Source of the DNA: Thermodesulfovibrionales bacterium
GTDB lineage: Bacteria > Nitrospirota > Thermodesulfovibrionia > Thermodesulfovibrionales > SM23-35
Assembly: GCA_041658585.1 (NCBI GenBank)
Contig: JBAZZX010000002.1
Span: 4,704-68,703 of the forward strand
Length of the DNA: 64,000 nucleotides
Direction: 5' to 3'
Shown here: positions 1 through 8,096 of the stretch, one piece after another
Numbering within the stretch: the stretch's first letter is position 1
How the letters are laid out: the number at the start of each line of letters is the position of its first letter
The notes under the pieces: generated by a model
Database searches by the model: none
The model's input: the letters and a program-made list of their open reading frames with translations, nothing else
What the model was told of the DNA's origin: nothing
Translations under genes and position numbers: made by a program

Positions 1-384
1 GGGACAACAACTGCAACCGGCCAGTCATACAAACACAGGAACATCCCGACAGTGTCCTCAACAGGCTACGGCCTAACAGAGGCGCCGAGGGGTGCGTTGG
101 GCCATTGGATCCGTGTAGACGGCTCCAAGGTCTCCAACTATCAGGCTGTCGTTCCGACAACATGGAACGCGAGCCCGAAAGATAGCTATGGCCAGAACGG
201 AACTATCGAGCAGGCCATTATGGGAACCGCCCTTACCGATGACGCAACAGGCAGGACAAAGATCGGCAGAATCATCCGCTCCTTTGACCCATGTATCGCC
301 TGTGCGGTCCATATCGTTTCGGGAGACAAGAAGACGATCTCTAAATTCGAAGTAATACCGAATGGATTTTCCTCTTGTAAGTAG
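1..384 (+). CDS. [NiFe]-hydrogenase large subunit, C-terminal fragment (5' end lies outside the window)
   Basis: Frame 1 is open from base 1. It contains GLTEAPRGALGHW and the C-terminal metal-site motif DPCIACAVH. A 23-aa tail follows, of the type removed by the maturation endopeptidase. Confidence 0.9.
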   Translation, partial: GTTTATGQSYKHRNIPTVSSTGYGLTEAPRGALGHWIRVDGSKVSNYQAVVPTTWNASPKDSYGQNGTIEQAIMGTALTDDATGRTKIGRIIRSFDPCIACAVHIVSGDKKTISKFEVIPNGFSSCK

Positions 385-401
385 TACAACCTGTCTTTCA
401 A

Positions 402-431
402 AGAGGCGCCTCCGGGCGCCTCTTTTTTTTT
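402..431 (+). terminator. Rho-independent terminator after the hydrogenase large subunit
   Basis: Hairpin agaggcgcc / tccg / ggcgcctct followed by a T-run. Confidence 0.65.
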
Positions 432-482
432 GCAGGTGTCCCATTAACAGTCCGCAACCCTGAAAAGCATAAAAAATCCAGG

Positions 483-732
483 GAGCCTCTTGCAAAAGTA
501 TTAAGTTGTCACCCTGAGCCTGTCGAAGGGTGAGGTCAGGCATCATGGTTCGACAAGCTCACCATGACATCTGCGCTAACCATGACAAGAACACCAATGT
601 CACCCTGAGCTTGTCGAAGGGTTACATAACTTGTTGATTAGTCATGATTCTTTCCGCCCCGGCGGATTCGCTGAGGAGAACGATAAGCTCGGAATGACAT
701 AAAAGCTGTTTTGAGGACTTTTGTAAGAGGCT
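483..732. mobile_element. Family-A MITE-like composite element
   Basis: It starts with gagcctcttgcaaaagt and ends with the inverted gacttttgtaagaggct. Inside are several copies of the hairpin module GTCACCCTGAGCYTGTCGAAGGGTG and its CATGG...CCATG variant. Confidence 0.75.
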
Positions 733-753
733 TATTTGAAAGTTAATTTAGGA

Positions 754-1650
754 TTATGACTGTTTTGTTTCGGTAGGAAATTCAGTCGATTTTGCTTCGA
801 GGATGGCTTCACTCAAGTCCGCACCTTCAAGATTTGCGCCGGTGAGATCGGCCCCTGCGAGATTGGCAGCCTTAAGAATAGTGTTGCTTAGGTTAGCGGA
901 AGTCAGGTTCGCTCCGCTAAGGTTGGCGCCGCTCAGATCCGCTCCGCTGAGGTTAGCTTCGAAGAAACTGGCATTTGTGAGATCGGCAGCGCTCAGATTC
1001 GCCCCGCTTCCATCAGCTCCGTAGAAATTCACATTTTCGCAATTAGCCCCATTAAGTTTGGCGCCGATAAGTTTGCTTTTGTAGAAATTCGCTTCTTTCA
1101 GGTCGGCACTGGTGAGATTGGCAGCCGACAAATCCGCGTCGCTGAAATCGGTCGCATTCATATTCGCCGAACCAAGATCAGCCCCGGTGAGATTTGCTCC
1201 GGCAAGGCTGACCATACTGAGATTGGCCCTCAACAGATTCGCGTTACTGAGATTTACATTATTCATAAAAGACTCGCTCAGATTTGCATTAGTGAGATTT
1301 GCCAGTGTGAGATTAGCGCCGCTGAGGTTGGCCTCAGTCAGATTTGCATCAGTAAGATCAGCTTCGCTGAAATCGGCATCCATGAGATGGGCTCCGTTCA
1401 GATCACATTTGACCAATATCGCCTTCTGAAGATTGCAGCCGCCGAGATTTGCATCGCAAAGAAGCCCTTCGCTCAGTATTGCGCCGCTCAAATTTGTCTC
1501 GGTGAGATCAGCCTCGCTGAGATCAGCGCCTGTGAGGTCCGCTCCGGCAAGGTCCATCTGAAACAGGTCCCATGTAGGATCATCAGGCATAGACCCTTTC
1601 ACTGCGCCCGATTTTTTGAGAAGCTCCCAAGTCTGCTCTTTGCTCAACAT
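754..1650 (-). CDS. Pentapeptide-repeat protein
   Basis: 298 aa that are almost entirely A(D/N)L(S/T)xA(N/D)L pentapeptides. Confidence 0.85.
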   Translation of the reverse strand: MLSKEQTWELLKKSGAVKGSMPDDPTWDLFQMDLAGADLTGADLSEADLTETNLSGAILSEGLLCDANLGGCNLQKAILVKCDLNGAHLMDADFSEADLTDANLTEANLSGANLTLANLTNANLSESFMNNVNLSNANLLRANLSMVSLAGANLTGADLGSANMNATDFSDADLSAANLTSADLKEANFYKSKLIGAKLNGANCENVNFYGADGSGANLSAADLTNASFFEANLSGADLSGANLSGANLTSANLSNTILKAANLAGADLTGANLEGADLSEAILEAKSTEFPTETKQS

Positions 1651-1706
1651 AGTTCAATGATATCATATTAGCGGCTTATTTGTCAGGTGGAAAATATTAA
1701 TATGCC

Positions 1707-1881
1707 GAGCCTCTTGCAAAAGTATTAAGTTGTCACCCTGAGCTTGTCGAAGGGTGAGGTCAGGCATCATGGTTCGACAAGCTCACCATGACAAGAACAC
1801 CAATGTCACCCTGAGCCTGTCGAAGGGTGAGGTCAGGCATCATGGTTCGACAAGCTCACCATGACATCTGCGCTCACCATG
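1707..1881. repeat. Family-A element, left end plus duplicated hairpin modules, no right terminal repeat
   Basis: It has the same first ~90 nt as 483..732, in the same orientation. The inner module pair is repeated twice. Confidence 0.7.
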
Positions 1882-1970
1882 GACAGATTATGTTCTTGCC
1901 ACTTTTAACTGCGGCTCATGGTAAAATAAATAGCTGTTATCGACATAATGTTTGAAAGGACATTCTGATT

Positions 1971-2444
1971 ATGGAAAATCAAAAGAAAATTCTTGTGATG
2001 GGAATCGGCAACATCCTTTTTAAAGATGAGGGAATCGGCATTCATGTTATCGAAAAGTTGCAGACCGTGGATCTTCCCTCCGATGTTGAATTAGTCGACG
2101 GCGGAACGGCATCTAATATCTTTCTGTACATCATCGAAAATAGAGAAAAAGTTATTCTAATCGATGCCATGAAGGGGGGAGGCAGTCCGGGAACGATATA
2201 TCGCCTTGCTGAAAAGGAATTTCTTGAGACGAGAAAAGGTTGGCGGACAACACAGGAGTCGGAATTCGAAGACGCATACAGAACGGCCATCCTGACGAAG
2301 ACTCAACCTAAAGAGCTTGTCGTAATCGGCATTGAACCGGAAGAAACAGGTGAAGAGGCGCACAAGTGCGAAATCGGACTCTCCCCTTCCCTCGAAACGA
2401 GGATACCCGAAATTATTGAGATGGTGATGAAGGAAATAAAATGA
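1971..2444 (+). CDS. Hydrogenase maturation endopeptidase (HyaD/HybD/HycI family), copy 1
   Basis: ILVMGIGNILFKDEGIGIHV...VELVDGGT. Size is 157 aa. Confidence 0.85.
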   Translation: MENQKKILVMGIGNILFKDEGIGIHVIEKLQTVDLPSDVELVDGGTASNIFLYIIENREKVILIDAMKGGGSPGTIYRLAEKEFLETRKGWRTTQESEFEDAYRTAILTKTQPKELVVIGIEPEETGEEAHKCEIGLSPSLETRIPEIIEMVMKEIK

Positions 2445-2445
2445 G

Positions 2446-2760
2446 ACAAGGAACAATTAAAGATAAGGGATCAAGGATTCAAGGGGTCGAGGATTCAAGA
2501 GAAAACAATTAAAGACAAGGGGACAAGGATACCAGGGGTCAAGGGAAAACAATTAAAGACAAGGGGTCAAGGATACCAGGATTCAAGGATTCAAGGGAAA
2601 ACAATTAAAGACAAGGGGACTAAGGATACGAGGATTCAAGGATTCAAGGGAAAACAATTAAAGATAAGGGGACTAAGGATACGAGGATTCAAGGATTCAA
2701 GGGAAAACAATTAAAGATAAGGGGACTAAGGATACGAGGATTCAAGGATTCAAGGGAACA
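2446..2760. repeat. Tandem array, six units of 44-53 bp
   Basis: Units start at acaattaaag (2453, 2505, 2549, 2601, 2654, 2707). The last three units are near identical. Each unit contains GGATTCAAGG sub-motifs. Confidence 0.85.
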
Positions 2761-2823
2761 CTGATAAAACAGGGATCGAGGGAAAATGAAACGACAAATA
2801 CATGGGCAAGGAAACAAAGACAG

Positions 2824-3183
2824 ATGTTAAGAAATTACAAAGATCTAAACGTTTGGCAAAAGGCATATAATTTTTGTTTGGATGTGTATCGTTTCACCGG
2901 AAAATTCCCGAAAGAAGAGAACTTTTGCATGGTGTCTCAAATGAGAAGAGCGGCTATTTCGGTTCCTTCGAATATTGCCGAGGGCTACGGCAGAAAAACT
3001 ACAAAAGAGTATATTCAATTTTTATATATTGCTTAAGGTTCTCTCTGCGAACTGGAAACACAGATTCTTTTATCAGGCGATTTAAAGTATCTCGGTTCCG
3101 AACAACTAATGGAATCGCAAAGCAATCTCGGAGATATCGAAAGGATGCTGAAATCTCTTATCAGAAGCCTGGAAAAGAAATGA
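2824..3183 (+). pseudogene. Four-helix-bundle protein ('23S rRNA intervening-sequence protein' family) with an in-frame TAA
   Basis: N-terminal half: [11 protein letters not shown]...[12 protein letters not shown]...FLYIA. A TAA lies at 3034-3036. The same frame then continues GSLCELETQILLSGDLKYL...LIRSLEKK to a TGA at 3181-3183. Confidence 0.8.
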
Positions 3184-3215
3184 TTAGAACCCTTGTTTCT
3201 TCTTTTCAACTCTGT

Positions 3216-3254
3216 CACTTGAATCCTCGAATCCTTGGATCCTTGAACCCTTTG
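3216..3254. repeat. GGATTCAAGG-motif block, inverted relative to 2446..2760
   Basis: cacttgaatcctcgaatccttggatccttgaaccc is the reverse complement of the motifs in the upstream array. Confidence 0.7.
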
Positions 3255-3298
3255 TTTATACACTTGAACCCTTTAATAGTTTATTATGAGGAGTGGAT

Positions 3299-3775
3299 AT
3301 GACAAATAAGAAACCCGTACTGATCCTCGGCATCGGCAACCTTATCTTGAAGGACGAGGGGTTTGGAGTACATGTAGTCCGGCAGATGGCGGATATCCCC
3401 CTGCCTGATAATGTTGAGCTTATGGATGGGGGCACCATGGGCATCGATCTCCTTTACTATATTGAAGGGAGGAAAAAGGTGGTTGTTATCGACGTAGTCG
3501 ACGCAGGCAGCCCGCCGGGGACACTCTACAGGTTCACCGATAAGAATATCGAATACCACAAGGAAATGTTGCGTTCGGCCCATGAGATCGATTTTGCATA
3601 CATTCTGAAAATGGCTGAACAGCTTGGCACTATTCCGGACGAAGTTGTCTTCATCGGCATAACACCCCGGGAAATCGAACCGGGTGTCGGACTGACTCCT
3701 GTGCTGGAGGAAAAGATCCCTCAGGTTATTGAACTGGTGATGAAGGAGTTAAAACAAGATACTGGAGATAAGTAG
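3299..3775 (+). CDS. Hydrogenase maturation endopeptidase, copy 2
   Basis: VLILGIGNLILKDEGFGVHV...VELMDGGTMG. The ATG at 3299 is preceded by gaggag. The ORF track begins at an alternative GTG at 3293. Confidence 0.85.
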   Translation: MTNKKPVLILGIGNLILKDEGFGVHVVRQMADIPLPDNVELMDGGTMGIDLLYYIEGRKKVVVIDVVDAGSPPGTLYRFTDKNIEYHKEMLRSAHEIDFAYILKMAEQLGTIPDEVVFIGITPREIEPGVGLTPVLEEKIPQVIELVMKELKQDTGDK

Positions 3776-3841
3776 TGTCTGGGTATAAAGTCATGGTTTG
3801 TCACCCTCCGGCTTGTCGAAAGGCGGGTAAACTTGACCGGT

Positions 3842-4366
3842 CTACGAGTCTCCTTCTGTCTCATTCCCATATTCCCCTCTCATCCGAACGTAAGGAATAC
3901 TCAACAATATGTCATCGATAACTTTTTCTTCGATGCCGGTATCTTTTTTCTCATACAGAACGATACGCTGTACGCCGTCCTTAAGTACAGGTGCGATAAG
4001 CTTTCCTCCGGTCTTAAGCTGTGCGAAAAGAAGAGGAGGCACTTCGGTGCAGGCTGCTGTTATGCATATTCTGTCGTAGAGGGCCATTGCCGGATATCCT
4101 TGTCCACCATCACCCAGCACAAGGATGATATTATTAAGGCCCGATTGCTCAACAAATCTCTTGCCTTGCTCAAAGACAACCGGATCGATTTCAATGCATG
4201 CGACAAGCCCCTCTTCTCCGACTGTCTCACATGCAGTTACTGCGCTGTAGCCGCTTCCAAGGCCTATCTCAAGCAATTTATGGCCCTCCGCCAGACCAAG
4301 TGGCTCATAAAGTGTAATCATAGATAAATCATAAAACGTTTTATGAAAAAGTATCAAGCGCAACAA
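3842..4366 (-). CDS. pcm: Protein-L-isoaspartate O-methyltransferase, N-terminally short relative to the family
   Basis: SAM motif LEIGLGSGYSA and LYDRICITAACTEVPPLLFAQLKTGGKLIAPV. The ORF has only a TTG start or an internal ATG at 4321. The usual ~50-aa N-terminal region is absent. Confidence 0.7.
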   Translation of the reverse strand: MLRLILFHKTFYDLSMITLYEPLGLAEGHKLLEIGLGSGYSAVTACETVGEEGLVACIEIDPVVFEQGKRFVEQSGLNNIILVLGDGGQGYPAMALYDRICITAACTEVPPLLFAQLKTGGKLIAPVLKDGVQRIVLYEKKDTGIEEKVIDDILLSIPYVRMRGEYGNETEGDS

Positions 4367-4403
4367 ACACAGATAAAAAGGTCCAAGGAATTAACAAACT
4401 GCA

Positions 4404-4692
4404 GGGTTCAAGGGGTCGAGGATTCAAGGACAAAAACAAAACAGGGGCAAGATAGAGGCACAACAACGACAGAAATCGAGGGTTCGTGCCGTCGATAATC
4501 CAAGCATGTCATGGTGAACTTGTCGAACCACGGCCCTTCGACAAGCTCAGGGTGACACCGAATTCCTCAACATTGGAGTAGACATAAGGTTACCTATCGG
4601 TTGTATAATAAAATAATACGAAAATAGGTTAACTCAAGGAAAGAGAACATTGAATAACACATGACCCCTTGAATCCTCGAATCCTTGAATCC
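4404..4692. repeat. Non-coding segment bounded by inverted GGATTCAAGG blocks, containing a family-A hairpin pair
   Basis: gggttcaaggggtcgaggattcaagga (4404-4430) faces ccccttgaatcctcgaatccttgaatcc (4665-4692). A family-A arm pair lies at 4508-4556. Confidence 0.65.
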
Positions 4693-4718
4693 ATTTTATA
4701 ATAATACAGGGAGGAATC

Positions 4719-5132
4719 ATGCTGATCGACATGAAAAATCAGTTTGAGAAATTGACGGATATTATTGTGAATAATGTTGATTCGTTCCATTTCGGTCACA
4801 GCGAATATCACGGTCCTGTAGACCCCTCGGCAATCGTCACTTTTGGTTCGGACATTATCAAAATTAACGCTCTCGTTTTGGCAGAGTCAGTCCCCACATT
4901 TCAACTTCCGATTAAGTTCGGGATGAATCTCTATGAAACGATCATAGTTCACCTCGACGAGAATTTTGACTTCACTGCTTACGATCCTGATGAAAGATCA
5001 CTGAATGAACTCAACATCTTGATGGGTAATACGGAATATTCATACGACGGCACAATCGCACAGGCAAAAGCCTGTTTCGATCAAATGAACTGGGCTTTCG
5101 ATGTATTGTATCGGAAAATAAATATTGAATAA
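4719..5132 (+). CDS. Hypothetical protein
   Basis: 137-aa ORF with a gggagg RBS 5 nt upstream of the ATG. No motif recognised. Confidence 0.5.
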   Translation: MLIDMKNQFEKLTDIIVNNVDSFHFGHSEYHGPVDPSAIVTFGSDIIKINALVLAESVPTFQLPIKFGMNLYETIIVHLDENFDFTAYDPDERSLNELNILMGNTEYSYDGTIAQAKACFDQMNWAFDVLYRKINIE

Positions 5133-7008
5133 AGAACTATTTGCAAAAATTTCACGCCTTATTCTGTTACTTCTCGTCTTCTTTTTCATTTTTGCCTCTT
5201 TTAATGCAAAAATCTGGGACCCGGATCTCTGGTGGCACCTGAAAACCGGTGAATACATAGCTCAGACGAAATCGATTCCTTCCACCGATCCATTTGCTTT
5301 TACCTCGCTGCCGCAAGATCCGATCCATCCCGAGTCCAAGAGAATAAAATTCATTCTGGGTCAATATTGGATAGCACAGCTTATCTTCTATTGGGTATAT
5401 GAGACGTTCTCTCTCCAGGGGATCATATACATGCGGGCCCTCATCCTCACCCTTCTGATCTTCCTGCTTTACAGAAGCATAAGAAGGGATAGGGTCGGTT
5501 TTTTCTCCGCCCTGCTCTTTCTTCTGCCTGCCGTCACAATTCTTGTCAACTTTACGGGAGAAAGGCCTCAGCTCTTTTCTTTCCTTTTCACGTTCCTGCT
5601 TGTTTTCCTGCTGGAGGGTTATAAAAAGGCGTCACAATCTGAAGCCATGACATCGCACAAAAAAGCCGTGTTGACTTACCTGTTGCCTTTGCCTTTTGTG
5701 ATGATGCTTTGGGCAAATATGCACGGCGGGTTCATCATTGGAATCGCTGTTCTCCTTGGGTACATATGCTGTGAAATTCTCAAGTATCTGACAAAAAAGG
5801 CCGGTCCACATCTTCAACTCCGCTCGTTGAAATATTTAATCGGCGCATGCGTCGCATCAATTATGTTTTCCCTCATCAATCCAAACGGATACAATGTCAT
5901 CCCTTTACTGATCGAGTTAAACAAGAGTCAGTATATGACATCAATCGTGGAGGCAAAGTCACCCCTTGTTTTCATTCAGTACGGGTACTACACGCAGGAG
6001 CTTTATGTATTCTTTTTCCTTCTGGCTGCCGGTTTTCTGCTGTTCCTGATCAATTTGAAGAGAGCAGACCTAACGGATGTCGTCATCTTTTCCGGTCTTG
6101 CGGCTCTTAGTTTGTCCGCGGCGAGGGTCATTCCATTTTTCACACCGGTATCGATCTTTATGCTTGCACGATATTGGAAGAAGAGCGTTCAGATATGGAG
6201 TTCCTCGACACTGATGTCAAGAATTAAAGAGAGGATGGTGAAGCTTCGTTCTCTTGCCGGTCCCGCATTTTCGGAGAGTTTCCTTGCCATAGTCTGCTCT
6301 GTTCTGATTATCGTTATGCTGAATAACGGCAATTATTTTCAGAGCGGCATTCGGAAGGGCCGGTATCCCGAGGGTGCGGTCAAATTCCTTAAGGAGAACA
6401 GGATTTACGGAAATATGTACAACCCTTATGTCTGGGGCGGATATCTGCTCTGGGCCCTCTATCCCGATTACAAAGTCTTCATTGACGGAAGAGGGCTGAT
6501 TGAAGAGGTTTTCTTTCAGTCGGACAGAATCATGGGTGCATCGTCCCTGCAGTTTGCCGGTGTTCCGGAATGGAAAGCTATAATAGATGCATATAACATA
6601 AACTTTATAGTAACATTCAGCGTCTCGGATTTCACCGGAAAACTCATTCCCCTTATCCCGGAGCTCAACTATGACCCTGAGTGGCATCTTGTCTACATGG
6701 ACAATTATTCGTTAATCTTTGTCAAAAATAGCCCGGAGAACCGGGGAATAATTGATAAATTCGACATGCCTAAGAACTGGGTCTGGAACGAAGTCTTGAC
6801 AGAGGCTGCAAAGAAAGCGGCCGATTTTAGGGGGAATGCGAATTATTATATAACAATGGGCGACGCTCTTGTCGCCAGAGAAAACTACCGCGATGCTCTG
6901 ACTGCATATCTCAAAGCCCAACAAAAAGCTCCGGATAACATTATTATCAGAGAAAAATTAAATATGATGCAGAAAACAGGTCGGGCGCCTGGACCCGCAA
7001 GCCCTTGA
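5125..7008 (+). CDS. Polytopic membrane protein with a C-terminal TPR-like tail (possibly GT-C-type glycosyltransferase-like)
   Basis: Many hydrophobic helices, an early-loop WDPDLWWHLKTGEY, and a C-terminal YYITMGDALVARENYRDALTAYLKAQQ. The function is a guess. Confidence 0.55.
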   Translation: MNKELFAKISRLILLLLVFFFIFASFNAKIWDPDLWWHLKTGEYIAQTKSIPSTDPFAFTSLPQDPIHPESKRIKFILGQYWIAQLIFYWVYETFSLQGIIYMRALILTLLIFLLYRSIRRDRVGFFSALLFLLPAVTILVNFTGERPQLFSFLFTFLLVFLLEGYKKASQSEAMTSHKKAVLTYLLPLPFVMMLWANMHGGFIIGIAVLLGYICCEILKYLTKKAGPHLQLRSLKYLIGACVASIMFSLINPNGYNVIPLLIELNKSQYMTSIVEAKSPLVFIQYGYYTQELYVFFFLLAAGFLLFLINLKRADLTDVVIFSGLAALSLSAARVIPFFTPVSIFMLARYWKKSVQIWSSSTLMSRIKERMVKLRSLAGPAFSESFLAIVCSVLIIVMLNNGNYFQSGIRKGRYPEGAVKFLKENRIYGNMYNPYVWGGYLLWALYPDYKVFIDGRGLIEEVFFQSDRIMGASSLQFAGVPEWKAIIDAYNINFIVTFSVSDFTGKLIPLIPELNYDPEWHLVYMDNYSLIFVKNSPENRGIIDKFDMPKNWVWNEVLTEAAKKAADFRGNANYYITMGDALVARENYRDALTAYLKAQQKAPDNIIIREKLNMMQKTGRAPGPASP

Positions 7009-7083
7009 ATCTTCGAACTCCTTCTTCAGATTTAACAAGAGTTTTCTGGTAATACCAGGACTGCAAACAAGTTTATTTTTTCC

Positions 7084-7113
7084 TTGACAGAAAAATGAGA
7101 AAGATGGTATAAA
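7084..7113 (+). promoter_or_regulatory. Sigma-70-type promoter with extended -10
   Basis: TTGACA, an 18-nt spacer ending in TGg, then TATAAA. Confidence 0.55.
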
Positions 7114-7149
7114 ACGCTGATACAAAACTTTAAAATTAGCCGGTTACTG

Positions 7150-7199
7150 CACCCTTCGACAGGCTCAGGGTGACAAAAAAGATTTTTTGCAAGAGCGTC
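7150..7199. repeat. Family-A right half, in the 5' leader of the cytochrome genes
   Basis: cacccttcgacaggctcagggtgacaaaaaagattttttgcaagagcgtc. Confidence 0.7.
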
Positions 7200-7256
7200 A
7201 AAATCGGCTTTAAGAACTATTAAGTTTTATAAATTTTCTAAAAAGGGGGTTTGAAA

Positions 7257-8096
7257 ATGAAGTTAGCCCATGGGAATAGGGAAAAGATTCATGTGTTCCG
7301 GCCGCTGCTGATACTTCTCTTGGCGTGTTTTTTGACTGCGGGACTTTTGGTAAGTAACCAGAACAAAAGCATTGCGGCCTCTCAGCTTTCAAATGATGAC
7401 TGCGTCAAGTGCCACCTTACTGTTCAGGAAATGGTGGACAGCAAGGGAGGCAAGCATAAGACCGCTATTAACTGCATGGGGTGCCATAAGGGACACCCTC
7501 CAATGGTGAGCAAAGAGAAAATAATACCTGTTTGCAGCGATTGTCATGCAGGTAAGAAACACTATGAAATAGGCGGTTGTAATACATGCCATTCAAATCC
7601 CCATGCACCCCTTGATATGAAATTGGCTGCAAATCTCACCGGCCCCTGCCTTTCCTGTCACGAAAAACAGGGGGACGAGCTTAAGACACATCAAACCCGC
7701 CATTCGAAATTGTTCTGCACAACCTGTCACAAGGCTCATAAGGAGATTCCTTCCTGTCTGAAATGCCATCAGGCACATTCAGCAGATATGGTCGAAAAAG
7801 ATTGCCTGATCTGTCATCCAGCGCATCAGCCGCTCACTATTACGTACGGTGCTGATATGCCATCAAAATCCTGCGCAGCCTGCCATAAGACTATTTTCGA
7901 TACCCTGCTGACCGGTACCGAAACGAAGCATTCCAAACTGGCATGCGTTTATTGTCATAAGGATAAACATAGAAATGTTCCAGCCTGTGAAACCTGTCAC
8001 GGAAATCCACATCCTGCTGGAATGACGGCAAAATTCCCCAAATGTAACATGTGCCATACCAGTGCACATAGTTTAGGAAAGGAGGCTCAGAAGTGA
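7257..8096 (+). CDS. Dodecaheme c-type cytochrome
   Basis: 12 CxxCH motifs in ~280 aa, with a hydrophobic N-terminus. The ATG at 7257 follows aaaaggggg. Confidence 0.9.
   Translation: MKLAHGNREKIHVFRPLLILLLACFLTAGLLVSNQNKSIAASQLSNDDCVKCHLTVQEMVDSKGGKHKTAINCMGCHKGHPPMVSKEKIIPVCSDCHAGKKHYEIGGCNTCHSNPHAPLDMKLAANLTGPCLSCHEKQGDELKTHQTRHSKLFCTTCHKAHKEIPSCLKCHQAHSADMVEKDCLICHPAHQPLTITYGADMPSKSCAACHKTIFDTLLTGTETKHSKLACVYCHKDKHRNVPACETCHGNPHPAGMTAKFPKCNMCHTSAHSLGKEAQK

Noticed and set aside
73-546. A 157-aa minus-strand ORF. Similar ORFs at 54873..55268, 18806..19123, 29198..29428 and 29453..29683 contain LRQAQGD, SLSNH or HFMQLKS-type peptides.
   Set aside because: They run through the hydrogenase gene antisense and/or through MITE-like repeats. 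Their 'conserved' peptides are simply translations of the repeat DNA.
803-1671. Three plus-strand ORFs (73, 105 and 94 aa) rich in Leu/Arg/Ala/Ser.
   Set aside because: They are mirror-frame artefacts of the highly repetitive pentapeptide-repeat gene on the minus strand.
2446-2760. A possible CRISPR array, because of its regular ~53-bp periodicity.
   Set aside because: The units are whole-length repeats of one another with no unique spacers. The period varies between 44 and 53 bp, and no cas genes are nearby. I call it a tandem (minisatellite-like) repeat.
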